Made by a program: the position numbers and the translations under genes. A stretch of DNA of 64,000 bases. Source: Cyanophora paradoxa CCMP329 (Eukaryota; Plantae; Glaucophyta). The notes beneath the pieces were generated by a model. The model was given only the letters and a program-made list of their open reading frames with translations. It made no database searches and was not told the DNA's origin. Position 1 is the stretch's first letter. Each line of letters starts with the position of its first letter. This document shows, in pieces, positions 23,665-34,225 of this stretch. The DNA lies in contig QPMI01000461.1 of assembly GCA_004431415.1 (NCBI GenBank), positions 1 through 64,000 on the forward strand, in the 5' to 3' direction.

Positions 23665-23970
23665 GAGAGACGCTCCTGTCAAGGGAGGCCGCACGGACGC
23701 ACGCGCAAGGCCGCTATGGGTGCGGAAAGAAGGCCTCCGGCGCACCTTTTCGAGCGCCACGTGCCACGCTTCCACGCCGACAGCACTTTGACCGCTTGCC
23801 ACGCCGACAGCACTTGGACGCTAGCAGAACACAGCTCCAGATCCTGCGCTCCGGAAACCGCGACTTCGCCCCGGCAAGTTTGCCCCGGCGACTTTGCCCC
23901 GGCGACTTTGCCCGGGGGGAACTACTCGCAGGGGGGTACCCGTCCGACCACCGCACCAGCAAGGCTCCAA
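23665..23970. promoter_or_regulatory. Repeated intergenic cassette, copy 3
   Basis: Near-identical to copies 1 and 2; homology to copy 2 extends to ~24160, but no H3-mimic gene follows. Confidence 0.6.
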
Positions 23971-24149
23971 CGGCGGCACCCGGCGGTCGGAGAACTAGCT
24001 AGAGCACGCGATCTAGCTAGCTAGAGGCGTTAGCACCGCCGGCTACCTCGGCGGCGCTCGGTCTGAGCGTTCGGTACGCAACCATTGGCAGCCATCGGTC
24101 TCAAGAGCACCGATGTGGCAGCCGTACTTCGGTTGTAACGTAGCTGAAA

Positions 24150-25364
24150 TCAATGCTTACCGCATTCAAAGCGCTGTGCGCTGCGCCCCAGCTCATAATG
24201 GTCGGGCCTGGGTGAAGTTGGCCGAGGTCGGGCCGCCCAACAACCTCCCCTTAAAAGCTGCAAATCGTCTCTAAACGACCTTTTAGAACACTTGAACCAG
24301 TCAAGGCAGCCCGCATGCGTCGCTCTCTTGACGAGTTGTGCTCGCATCCACGACGGACCACAGAAGCTACCGGGCCATCGGCGCTCAATGGATCCCATGC
24401 ACTTATGCCTAGCTAAGCACATTTAGCACGGCAGCAGTGCTCCCCCGCGCGGCTTTCCTAGGTGGGGTAAAGACAGGTGTGGTAAAGTCAGCCCTAAGTG
24501 AGTGAAGTTGCAAGTTTACCATGTGGTAAACTTAATTCCTGGCTCCCAGTGTTCGTCCGGCCAAACGCCAGAACCGACAGCAAGAGTGCGCTGATAAGGA
24601 CTCTTGAAAGGGGGGAAAACCTTGCACGCCTTGCAAGGGAGTCTGATTTCGTTATATTCCATAAAGATTGTTCGACAGTCCTGTCCGCGAGAAATCCAGC
24701 TGGCGCAATCCGCAGGGGTCATCGTTGGGAACAACTTCCCGAACATGCTTCGTGTTGACCGGTCTTGAATACGTGTTTGGAATCGGGAATTCGCAACTAT
24801 GTCTTTCGAGTGCGCAGAAGAAGGTGAAAACGTTGAGCCGTCACCAAATGCAGGGGAATCCGGATTGAGAAGAATTACGTCATCATCAGCTTGTTTCTTT
24901 GGAGGAGTCGAGCACCTGGAATTCGGGTCCAAATTACCGGCAGTGATCGACAATTCACGATGCTCAAGCTCACCCTTTGCCCGCGTTCTCGGACAGTAAC
25001 GGCACTTCGCCAGTTGCCTCAGTCGAAAGATTTGCAACGACGTCGAAATCGGGGTTTGAGTATACATCGTCATCGCTCAAAAGAGCAGCAGAAGCTCTTG
25101 CCCTGGGCAAATCATTTCCAATTCTGCACACACGATAGCCTGAGCGAGCGTTGATAGCAACAGAAACAAAAATCCACACCCGGTGCCATCGCTGTCGACT
25201 GTCAGCGTGACAGCGGCGGGCAAGGCCGGTCTGGTGACTTCAGACATCGTATCGGCCAGCGACATTACCTCGCTATCAACGTCATTGCCAGTTGATGCCT
25301 GTTGCGGACGAAACGGGAATAGCTGCAAAGCTTTGGCGACACTCTCCTTGAGCATTCTGAAGGC
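24150..25364 (-). CDS. Multi-exon hypothetical protein
   Basis: Consecutive minus-strand ORFs starting MAFRMLKESVAKAL; includes a CKAC motif. Confidence 0.35.
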
Positions 25365-25603
25365 CATTGCTGACGAAAGGCCTACGTATACCGGGCTGAA
25401 GAGGTGTTGGGCTGACTTCAATGTGGCGGGAAGAGTGGCGCATACTGATCGATACCCCCCGCAAGCAGTTGGACCCCCCCCCCCCCCCCCGCCCTCCCCC
25501 CCTCTTTGCGAGTTTTTCGACGCGTACAAGAACAACCCGAAGATGAAGCAGGCCTAAGCCGACGTCTTCATGTGGTGCGTGCAGCAGGCCAAGAAAGTTA
25601 CAG

Positions 25604-27050
25604 TTATTTCGCATCAGATGCACTCGCATGCACATATTCCAAAGCTATTTCGTCCATATCGCGGTCGTTGTAGTCATACAAAACTTCTTCTCCTTCGTTG
25701 ATGTCGCGCAATGCGAAGAATGCGATGCCAAGTTCGCCGTTTGCTGGACTCGAGACGTTCGTGGATACCACTCTGCGTTGTCATGATTAGTCAGCACCCG
25801 AACACAACAGGCTTAGTGAAGCAAACGAACAAAGGAATAAGATTTGCCGATCCCTTCGGACCGTGATTAATTATTCTAGCAAGACCATTCCCTGTTGTCG
25901 CATCGAGGCTGCGTACGGTTCGAAACTGCGCCTCTCAAGAGACCAAAAGCATAAGAAACGCACGCAAAGTGGCGAGAACCGATTGTAAATTCGTAAAGAT
26001 AATAGTGGCCGCCACGTTGCTGCAGTTTCTTTCGTAATGTGTTTATGCTTGCAAGACCACGAACGAGGTGGCCTCGATAGACAGAAATGAGCTTCACGCA
26101 GCAGTGAGTAGAGCGTTTTTTTTGTATAAATCTCTGAGCAAGAAGAATGCGCAACTGTTCCAATTACGATACGCTTGGCTGCAATTGCACCCATTCCCTT
26201 TGGAGGTCCGAAATTGCAAGGGCGCAACAAATCTGATTCGTATCGGGAGAGTGCCTCCTCTCCAGCTGCGATGAGGTTTCGGGCAGCTTGGAGCATCTCT
26301 CTACTGATGGTGAGGACGACCGAGTTGACGAGTGTTGGAATCGAACGAGAATTGCGTGTTCGGGAAGCCTCCTCTTCGAGGAGTTTGCGGTATTTGCTTG
26401 CGAGTCGAGGTGGAAGATCCGGTGGCCGCCAGAATGTCAAATCTGCCTGAGCGTTCCGTGCGATAAAAAGCTTAACTTGTACCGATGCATTAAGGTGCCG
26501 ATGATACAAAATGACATGAAGACGTGCAAGAGCGTCTTTAGCGGTCTTCGTATTCCCCAGCTGTGCTCGGCTGTTGTGCATGTAGAAGGAGACGAAGCGA
26601 TCGGGATTCTTTTCCAAAACGCAGTAAAATACTCAACACACGATACGTTCAGCGTCTGCAAAATATGAACGGTCAGCCATTATATGTATAGGTAAATGAC
26701 TTCATTTCGGAAAGAACCTCGTCATTCTCTCCGGCATTGAATCCAATGCAACTAGGCATTGATTCAATGAGATCGACGAGTTTCTTGAAAGCTGAAATGG
26801 AGATTTTCCAGCCATGTGCTAGAATAACTTTTGTCACATCGTTGCCCTTGAATGCTTCGTATAAATCGACGACCTTCACGAGCGCAAGTTTCAGAAGAAC
26901 GCGGCATCTTCATCTGCATGCCTACCTCTGTGTCTTGTACGGGATGAGATTTATTGACGAGTTTCAGGATTTCAGGGAACTTTCTTGACTCTCGTGCATC
27001 GGTTATCATTTGTGAAAGCTCTTTGTTCAGTCGAGTGTTTCGCACGGGAC
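25604..27050 (-). CDS. SET-domain lysine methyltransferase (PR-Set7/Set8-like motifs), multi-exon; 5' end approximate
   Basis: Exon translations KGMGAIAAKRI, LISVYRGHL...YYLYEF, LDATTGNGLARIINHGPKGSANL and GIAFFALRDINEGEEVLYDYN give the SET motifs GxG, YxG, RxINH and EExxYDY in order. Confidence 0.8.
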
Positions 27051-27207
27051 GACATCGGGTGTCTGCTTGTTGTAATTAGAATACGCAAGTAACATGCACT
27101 AGAAGCTTCTAGGTCTAACTATAATCAGCGGGCTTCGGCGGGATCACTGATCTACTTTGCTGCTAGCCTTTGCCCCTTTTGTTTTGCCGCTAGCGCTGCG
27201 GCGTCGG

Positions 27208-27460
27208 CCGCGGCCTCTGCCGCGGCCTCTGCCGCGGCCTCTGCCGCGGCCTCTGCCGCGGCCTCTGCCGGTTGATTCTTCGCTGGACAATTCGGTCGCA
27301 GCATCACGAGCCAGCTCACGCTTCTCTGAGACCGAAGCATGCTCGCCGCCCTCCTCGCCTTGCTCGCCGCCCTCCTCGCCTTGCTCGCCGCCCTCCTCGC
27401 CTTGCTCGCCGCCCTCCTCGCCTTGCTCGCCGCCCTCCTCGCCTTGCTCGCCGCCCTCCA
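27208..27460 (-). repeat. Coding repeats: 12-bp unit (GRGR) and 21-bp unit (EEGGEQG)
   Basis: GCCGCGGCCTCT x5 and TGCTCGCCGCCCTCCTCGCCT x5-6. Confidence 0.9.
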
Positions 27461-28943
27461 CGCCCTCCAGCATTGGACCTTTAAAAAAAGGTAATGTTTT
27501 CAAGCCCGATAAAGATGCGAATGCGAATATGAACGCCCACCTTTCTTATCGGCTTTTTCCGTTCTCCTCCTCTTGAGCTCCCTATCATCTTCATCTGCGG
27601 GAATAGCATCGTTCAGTTGTAGCGCCGCGATTAGCGGAGCTAAATAAGAAGATGAACCGGCAGAATCCGGAGCTGCCGTGATAGTGAGCATTTGACTATC
27701 AGGTCCGTTCAAATTTTGGCAGGGCAAGGACCTGATTTGGAAATCGAGCTCGGGCCGGCCACGGGGGCAGGAACCTGCGAAGACTTCTTGACCCATTCGT
27801 CCAGTTCCTTCCGGTCGAAAAAACGTCTTTTGAATGTGTCTGGTCCTGATGAGCGAAAAATCTGGTTAAAGCCTCCGAATTGGAGTTCAGCGAAGAGCTC
27901 ACCAAGAGCTTGAAGTTGATCCTCGAAGTATTTGGGTTCGAGGAAATAAGCAGGGCGGTCTTCCGAGCTGAACTTCGCATCTTGCTTCGGAAGGAGATCA
28001 TCAGCTTCTTTGAGCTCGTCGAGAGTCCAGAAGCCCACTGCAATAAAAGAATCATATAATTGTTAGCAAAAGTTTGGAAACCTCTAGAGAATTGCATGTT
28101 ATCAAGCAAACGAACCGTGAAACGAAGGCTTGATTGCGTTCAACGAGTCCACAACCTCGCGTTCTGCACGAGAGAGCTTTCCGCCAAGCATGCTCTTGCG
28201 GACGAGTGGATGGTATCCGACCGCGCCGAATATCACATCAATGTTTGGCTGGTCTGGAACACCGAATTGGGTTTCTGGTTCGTCGTCTTCTTCCGCATCC
28301 TCGCGACCGATGGCAAGCTGCGGCACGAGCACTCGTGTGATGCGGCCGAACAAGGCGCTTGATATTGCCCATCTGCGCGTGCGTTATTTTAGATTGTCGA
28401 AGTGATTGAAGGCATGCGTAATGGCGCACTTGCCGAAGGCATGAAGAATCTCTGTAGCGAGAGGCCCATCAAAGAATCGATTTTCTTTGAACATGTTCAT
28501 CTGCACGATTTCACCGGATTGCATGAACTTTGTAGAGCTGTAGGTCCATGGCCAGTCAAGAAAAACAAAGCCTGGCAAGGACGCAAATGTGCGTACACCA
28601 TCCTTATGCACAGGCGATACATAAGCCGAGCCTTCGACATCTTCTCGCCACGCTTCGCGTGGCGGGTGTGGATAACCGTAATCTGCGTCTCGGCATTTTC
28701 ATCCCTGTAGCGGTGTCACCGGACGCAACAGGACATGTTAAGTAGAGAAGGCGCACAGCGCGTTGTGGACAACAAGGGCCTGCGGACACGTCTGGAAAAT
28801 TTCTTTGGCAAGGCCCATGCAATGCTCACACTCCTCGAACGAAACCATGTGTTCTTTGTGCTTGTGTTTGGAAATCTGCTTGATCTTCGTGTTCGCCTCT
28901 CGCATATCATAAGCGGCGAAGCCATAGTACATGGCGTTGTAGT

Positions 28944-28949
28944 CCTCTT
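28944..28949. repeat. Left 6-bp target-site duplication CCTCTT
   Basis: Identical CCTCTT at 56639-56644 immediately outside the right TIR. Confidence 0.95.
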
Positions 28950-29020
28950 ACACATAAAGAAAAACAAATATTTAACCCTCGCGTTCCGCTCAGGTTAAAT
29001 ATTTGTTTTTCTTTATGTGT
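28950..29020. other. Terminal hairpin: perfect 28-bp stem, 15-nt loop
   Basis: ACACATAAAGAAAAACAAATATTTAACC-CTCGCGTTCCGCTCA-GGTTAAATATTTGTTTTTCTTTATGTGT; mirrored at 56568-56638. Confidence 0.95.
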
Positions 29021-29532
29021 TTTTATACATAAATATATATGAATTTAACATGAATTTATACATAATTTATATATTTTTAACATGATTTAATACAAATTTA
29101 TATGTAAATATCGATATATATATGATGTAATTAATGTACAATTCGATATGATCATGATATGTACAATGTAAAAATGATATAGTCATGATATGTTCCATGT
29201 TAATCGATATATTTAATTAATTAATTGCGTGATTCATTTAATGATAAGGTGGGGCGGTGGGGTCTGGTTGGGTCTGTTTTTGGAATTGCTATATTTTTCT
29301 TGGCGTTCTAAATTTTTCTGAAAAGTGACCCCACCACACCCCACCACCCCACCCTATCGATTAATTTATATTTCCACACCTAATTATATGTTAATTTCAT
29401 TCTAATATATATCAATTTGAAAAGTGGGAATGCTATAATTTATGGTAATGGTGGGGTGTATGGTGGGGTGTAATTTGTTACGGAATCAGTGCGGGAATCT
29501 CTACGATATCGAAGCCGTAATTAACATGTAAA

Positions 29533-29652
29533 TACCGTTAGATCTGTACAGGTTGGGTGTTAATACCGTTAGATCTTTACAGGGTTGGGTGTAAATACCG
29601 TTAGATCTGTACAGGTTGGGTGTTAATACCGTTAGATCTGTGGTTGGGTGTA
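29533..29652. repeat. Four 31-32 bp iteron-like repeats inside the TIR
   Basis: TACCGTTAGATCT...GGTTGGGTG at 29533, 29564, 29596 and 29627. Confidence 0.9.
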
Positions 29653-30097
29653 ATCTCTCTGGTATCATATATTTATCGATGCGGTGGGGCGGTGGGGTCT
29701 GGTGGGGCATGTTTTGAAGATTCATTATATTTTGGGATCCGCTCAAAATTTTCTTGAAATTTGACCCCACCACACCCCACCACCCCACCCTATCCATTAA
29801 TTCATACATCACACACTTATTTATATGGTAATTTCAATCTAATATATAGCAATTTGAAAAGTGGGAATGCTATAAATTATGGTAACGGTGGGGTGTAGGG
29901 TGGGGTGTCATTCCTTACTGATTCACGTAAGATTAACTCGGAAACCGCGCTACTCTATGCTTCTCCGCTCTCTCCAAACCGCTAAACATACACGTTACCC
30001 TCTCTTCTATCATCTCCTTTATTACTGATGTCTTACGCTCCGCTTCCGTACCCTTACCATCAATCGTGCGAAATTCAAAAAGTCCCGTGAGCAACCG

Positions 30098-30173
30098 AAA
30101 ATGATTTAAACGGAACGCGATACATTGGGGTAAGAAGAAAATATTTTCTCTGTTTCAGATAAGTAAGGATCAA
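30098..30173 (+). promoter_or_regulatory. Putative early promoter shared with the primase-helicase gene
   Basis: GATTTAAA..GCGATA...AAAATATTTTCTCTG...TAAGGAT occurs both here and at 36167-36245. Confidence 0.55.
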
Positions 30174-30785
30174 ATGGCGGTTAATATTAATACGGATCGC
30201 ATGGATTACATGTTTAATGACCTCCCGATTTTAGATGAGGGTTTCGAGTCGACGTCGTTTCTTGCGGAACTGTTCGATGTCATCTTCTCTATTGATAGTG
30301 AGCGAACGCTTTTCTCCTTTATCAACACTTTCTTCAAACCGGAAGACATTATATCTATTGGTTACTTCATTGAAGAACCGCATAAGATTGTTATTCGTTC
30401 AACTGTTGGGTTTTCCTATGTTAAAATCCATGATTTCTCAATTAAGTATAGCATTGTCGACATTCATCCCGAAGATGAAGGTGGATATCAACAAATTGTG
30501 AATTTCTGGTCTCTTTACCGATGCACTCCGTACTCTCTTAATGATGTTATCAAAACCATAAAGCGCGTACAATCTTTCAGACTTCTATATTTTAAGGTTG
30601 ATCGCAATATGTCCGTTTATTATAAGAAGTTTGAAGAGCATGGATTGAAGATTACACGCCGTGTTACACTGCGGAAATTCTTGAAAGCCAACGGGGCTAA
30701 GTGGAGCCGCACATTTAGAAAGTGGTATATTGAGGAAAACAACCAACTCATCGCTGATATCTTTTCAATCGCTCCCCAACGCTAA
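30174..30785 (+). CDS. Viral hypothetical protein
   Basis: 203-aa intronless ORF; C-terminal LKANGAKWSRTFRKWYI resembles small primase-associated domains. Confidence 0.7.
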   Translation: MAVNINTDRMDYMFNDLPILDEGFESTSFLAELFDVIFSIDSERTLFSFINTFFKPEDIISIGYFIEEPHKIVIRSTVGFSYVKIHDFSIKYSIVDIHPEDEGGYQQIVNFWSLYRCTPYSLNDVIKTIKRVQSFRLLYFKVDRNMSVYYKKFEEHGLKITRRVTLRKFLKANGAKWSRTFRKWYIEENNQLIADIFSIAPQR

Positions 30786-31676
30786 AACCTCCAACTGAAA
30801 CGAATTATCTATACCATTCATATCTACGAGATCACCATAATAATCACGAAACTCTACTGTTAACTCTTTAATCACCAAATTACGATCGTTTATTTTTACA
30901 TACTCACTCACTTCTCCGGTGTGATAGATGTATTTCCCGATATCCTGACTTAATTGTAATCGCATTATTGCGCCTTGGTTTTGCGGTTGTGATCGCGGTA
31001 CTATATTATGGTTGGATGCAAATGGTGCGAGTTCTTTGATGTGCATGTATAAATACTGTTCAGCGTTCATATCCGCCATCTTTGGACTAACCGCTTTAAA
31101 CGCCAATGCTAATGGATCTGCTCCTTCAAATGTAATTCCCCACTGTGGGTGATCTGGTGTTATTGGTGTTCTTTCATATGATAAGAAATTTTCAGGTGCA
31201 AATCGCGACCTGTTTCCTTCAATAAAGTGTTGTACGCTTTCTAATAGTTCTGTGGAGCTGAGACCAAGTAATTTTGCGATTCTATTGTTTGCTGCGATGA
31301 GTTCAAAAGGGAAATTACAATAAAACTCCAATTTGTATGTAGTCGGGTTGTAATAAATTTTAAAGTATATTGTTTCGGTAGCATTTGTTTCATAGTTTAA
31401 CCCATAGTTATAAGGATAAGTAACCCCGAAATGCCCTTGATTGATATAACCACTCGGTAACGGGTTTAGTTGCTGATTAATATTAACGCCATTGACATTA
31501 TAACTTATTACTATGTAATCGGTTCCTATCGAATTATAAATGCTGTTCGGAATCTCTGCATATATAACCCGACATTCTTGTGGTCTGGTTATTGGTGTTG
31601 TGAGTGCAACCTTGTAAGAGTTTTCTTTTTGTCCAAACTGTCGATCTCTACTATCGACATTGACAAGTCGAATCAT
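30765..31676 (-). CDS. Minor capsid protein (penton) 1
   Basis: N-terminal IRLVNVDSRDR...YAEIPNSIYN and C-terminal ELTVEFRDYYGDLVDMNGIDNSFQLEV, typical of PLV/NCLDV single jelly-roll pentons. Confidence 0.85.
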   Translation of the reverse strand: MIRLVNVDSRDRQFGQKENSYKVALTTPITRPQECRVIYAEIPNSIYNSIGTDYIVISYNVNGVNINQQLNPLPSGYINQGHFGVTYPYNYGLNYETNATETIYFKIYYNPTTYKLEFYCNFPFELIAANNRIAKLLGLSSTELLESVQHFIEGNRSRFAPENFLSYERTPITPDHPQWGITFEGADPLALAFKAVSPKMADMNAEQYLYMHIKELAPFASNHNIVPRSQPQNQGAIMRLQLSQDIGKYIYHTGEVSEYVKINDRNLVIKELTVEFRDYYGDLVDMNGIDNSFQLEVLALGSD

Positions 31677-31704
31677 TTTATTATATGAATATAGATTAAA
31701 GAAA

Positions 31705-32715
31705 ATGCCCGTGGAATATGTTGAAGTGTCTTCTTTTAAACAGATCGATAACCTCGATGCTCCGACTTCGCGATTCATTGCCGATCTCCCAAAAACATTT
31801 GAGAGTGTAAGAGCGGTTCGCCTTGTTTCGGCTGAATTTTATAACTCCATTCCAATCATTAGCGGTGATTCGGTCACTGGTGATGCAACGGTAGAGGATG
31901 CCTTTACAATCAATTATAGTATTGCAAACGCAAACGTTAATTCTACAAAAGCGCCTGCTCCTGGGTTTGACGAGTGGTTAAGTATTCGACCCGGTATAGG
32001 TCTGGGTTTGGAAGTTATCAATACTCACCAAGAACTGGCTGATAGAATAACCTACCTTTTTACGAGACAAACACCAAACCCCGGAATTGTTTGTAAATGG
32101 GACCCTGCAAATAAGCGGTTTGTATTCTACGCTCCGCATGAATTCTATATTGCTTTTGTGATAGATAGAGACCCAAAGGTTTCCGGTGCCGAAGCTGGTA
32201 ACCGTCGCGCTCGTGTTTTAGGTCTTGATGCCGGACGTAGAGGAAACCGATATATCAAATCGAGTGTTTACACTGCTCAAACAGATCCCGTATTTACCGG
32301 TGCAAATGTACATGGGATCATTTCAACTTTCCCAACTGAAACTTGTAAGGATAATGTAATATTTGTGAGAGTAAAAGAACTCGGTGACCTCGTCCAATGC
32401 GCTGATGGTCTTCTCACTGGATATTTTCACAAGTTGTCCGTTCAAGATAAAAATTTCGCTGAACACATAATTTATAATTCAACAGAAGCAAACCCGCTGT
32501 ATAAATACTTCAATAATAAAATGTCACTATCACAATTAACCGTAGACATTGTAAACGCTCAGAATCAATTAATAGATTTCGAAGGGCAACCTGTGCATCT
32601 AACATTCGAGATCCGCTATGGCGATGAACCCGCCGGTGATCCCATTTATGAATATTTCAAAATGAGAATGAGAGAAACCCACCCCTTCTATCCAAATATT
32701 GCCGGATTCGCGTAA
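31705..32715 (+). CDS. Minor capsid protein (penton) 2
   Basis: VEVSS...RFIADLPKTFESVRAVRLVSAEFYNS and LSQLTVDIVNAQNQLIDFEGQPVHLTFEI. Confidence 0.8.
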   Translation: MPVEYVEVSSFKQIDNLDAPTSRFIADLPKTFESVRAVRLVSAEFYNSIPIISGDSVTGDATVEDAFTINYSIANANVNSTKAPAPGFDEWLSIRPGIGLGLEVINTHQELADRITYLFTRQTPNPGIVCKWDPANKRFVFYAPHEFYIAFVIDRDPKVSGAEAGNRRARVLGLDAGRRGNRYIKSSVYTAQTDPVFTGANVHGIISTFPTETCKDNVIFVRVKELGDLVQCADGLLTGYFHKLSVQDKNFAEHIIYNSTEANPLYKYFNNKMSLSQLTVDIVNAQNQLIDFEGQPVHLTFEIRYGDEPAGDPIYEYFKMRMRETHPFYPNIAGFA

Positions 32716-32767
32716 ATTAAGGATCATTCACAGAATTTTTATATTTCTCTATTGTAAAAGAGAAATC

Positions 32768-34165
32768 ATGGATGTCACCACAACTCTTCAACGTCTTTCC
32801 CTCAAAGAGGCGCTAACCACGCCCGAAGAGGCAAAGGCGTTTTTCCTCGATAACTCGCTCATGCTCGGTCTGGAAGCGAAGACGAAACCCGTTCTCGTAA
32901 CCGTTAGTCCATCAACAACCTACGATAACAACGTTGGTCAACGCGTTTCTTTCAAACTTCCCCGCTACAATTTCATCGGTAAAATCGAACTCGCTTTTGA
33001 TCTTCCCGAACTAACCGCTTTCGAAGGCGATACTGATCTTGTGCGAAACGGTTACACTCGCCCCGTGGGTTCGCTTGTACAACGCCTTGAAATCTCTTAC
33101 GGTTCTTACACTTTCCACGTCCCGTCAGATTTCCTGGCGATTTTCCCACTGGTCTACTATTCAGAGGATCAGTTGGCGAAAAAGAAGCGTTCTATGGGAA
33201 TGCTCCACGGTATTCCCGCTCACGGAACCAATCGTAAAGGTGGCGCTTTCTTTGTTGAGATCCCGGTACCGTGGTTAAACAGTTACCTACCACTCGGTGC
33301 GCTTTCTGGTGAGATGGTTGTAACTGTTTGGTTCAAAGAAGCCAATAAGGGATACCTTGAAACTTCTTACGGTGGTCGCGCTCTTCCGGTTGTTGGTGCT
33401 GCTGCGGATCAAACCGAAAATGATGGTCTCGGCTCAGCTACTGGTGTAACTCTTGCTAATGTTGGTCAAAACATCACCACTGGTACTATTACTGGGTTCG
33501 AAGTTGCCGGAACTGTTCCACCAATGACCCATTACATCTCCATTAAGTCTCCTCGTCTTTACATGCATGCTATCAATGTTTCCGATGAACTGTTCGCTAC
33601 GGTTATTGAGAAGGTCAAGACAACCGGTATGGCGATTCCATCACTCGAGATTGGTTTCGTCGATGTCACCGGTCTTGCTGCGAAAGGTAACACTCAACCC
33701 AACCGAATTAACCTTAGCCAAATCTCCGGTCTGGTTTATGCTCTTCTTGTCTCTGTCCGTGATGATGGAGGTATCGATTCTTCTAACGGTTCTCACAGCG
33801 TCCTTAAAACGCTTGCGAATGAGAAGAATATCACGATGACTTGTGAGATCAACGGACAGCGTCTTTATTCCACGGAGCCAATCCCGCTACTCAAAGGTGC
33901 GGAACTCATCGCCGATGCCTTCAAATGCTCGAACATGGACAAAGAAGCAAACCGTTACGTTCTTACAGGTCTACCTTTCTGCGCTGACGGTGAGAAGGCG
34001 ATTCGCAATATCGCACAGAGTGGATATGTTGACCTTACGAACTCGTCGTCATCGTTCCTAACTCTGTATCTCCCTGCCGATCGCACAATTACTGTTAACG
34101 TTCGCGCTCTCATGCACAGTTTCATAATTTGTGACCGCGATGGAATTCGTAGAATTAATATGTAA
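32768..34165 (+). CDS. Double jelly-roll major capsid protein
   Basis: 465 aa; GQRVSFKLPRYNFIGKIELAFDLP, IPVPWLNSYLPLGAL, SGYVDLT; lies between penton and ATPase. Confidence 0.85.
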   Translation: MDVTTTLQRLSLKEALTTPEEAKAFFLDNSLMLGLEAKTKPVLVTVSPSTTYDNNVGQRVSFKLPRYNFIGKIELAFDLPELTAFEGDTDLVRNGYTRPVGSLVQRLEISYGSYTFHVPSDFLAIFPLVYYSEDQLAKKKRSMGMLHGIPAHGTNRKGGAFFVEIPVPWLNSYLPLGALSGEMVVTVWFKEANKGYLETSYGGRALPVVGAAADQTENDGLGSATGVTLANVGQNITTGTITGFEVAGTVPPMTHYISIKSPRLYMHAINVSDELFATVIEKVKTTGMAIPSLEIGFVDVTGLAAKGNTQPNRINLSQISGLVYALLVSVRDDGGIDSSNGSHSVLKTLANEKNITMTCEINGQRLYSTEPIPLLKGAELIADAFKCSNMDKEANRYVLTGLPFCADGEKAIRNIAQSGYVDLTNSSSSFLTLYLPADRTITVNVRALMHSFIICDRDGIRRINM

Positions 34166-34225
34166 ACCATTATTAGTAAGATATCGTTATTTTTATCTAT
34201 CTTTATTAAGAAGATCTACAACACC

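Larger units (their letters stand above)
27144..28949 (-). pseudogene. 3' part of the host gene interrupted by the viral insertion
   Basis: Removing the element and one TSD copy gives continuous ATEKAEGLGVDDQVTEE|DYNAMYYGFAAYDMRE; the gene appears to end in (EEGGEQG)n and (GR)n repeats. Confidence 0.6.
28950..30052 (+). repeat. Left terminal inverted repeat (1103 bp)
   Basis: Reverse complement of 55537-56638; the only difference noticed is one base in a G/C run. Confidence 0.95.

Noticed and set aside
28942-28949. 8-bp TSD GTCCTCTT
   Set aside because: The GT on the right side belongs to the TIR (AC...GT ends), and only the 6-bp TSD is needed to restore the host frame
28716-28998. ORFs crossing the element junction (also 56590-56946)
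   Set aside because: Chimeras of host exon and TIR sequence
29501-29812. 103-aa ORF and its mirror at 55777-56088
   Set aside because: GTG start, made of TIR repeats, and duplicated only because of the TIR
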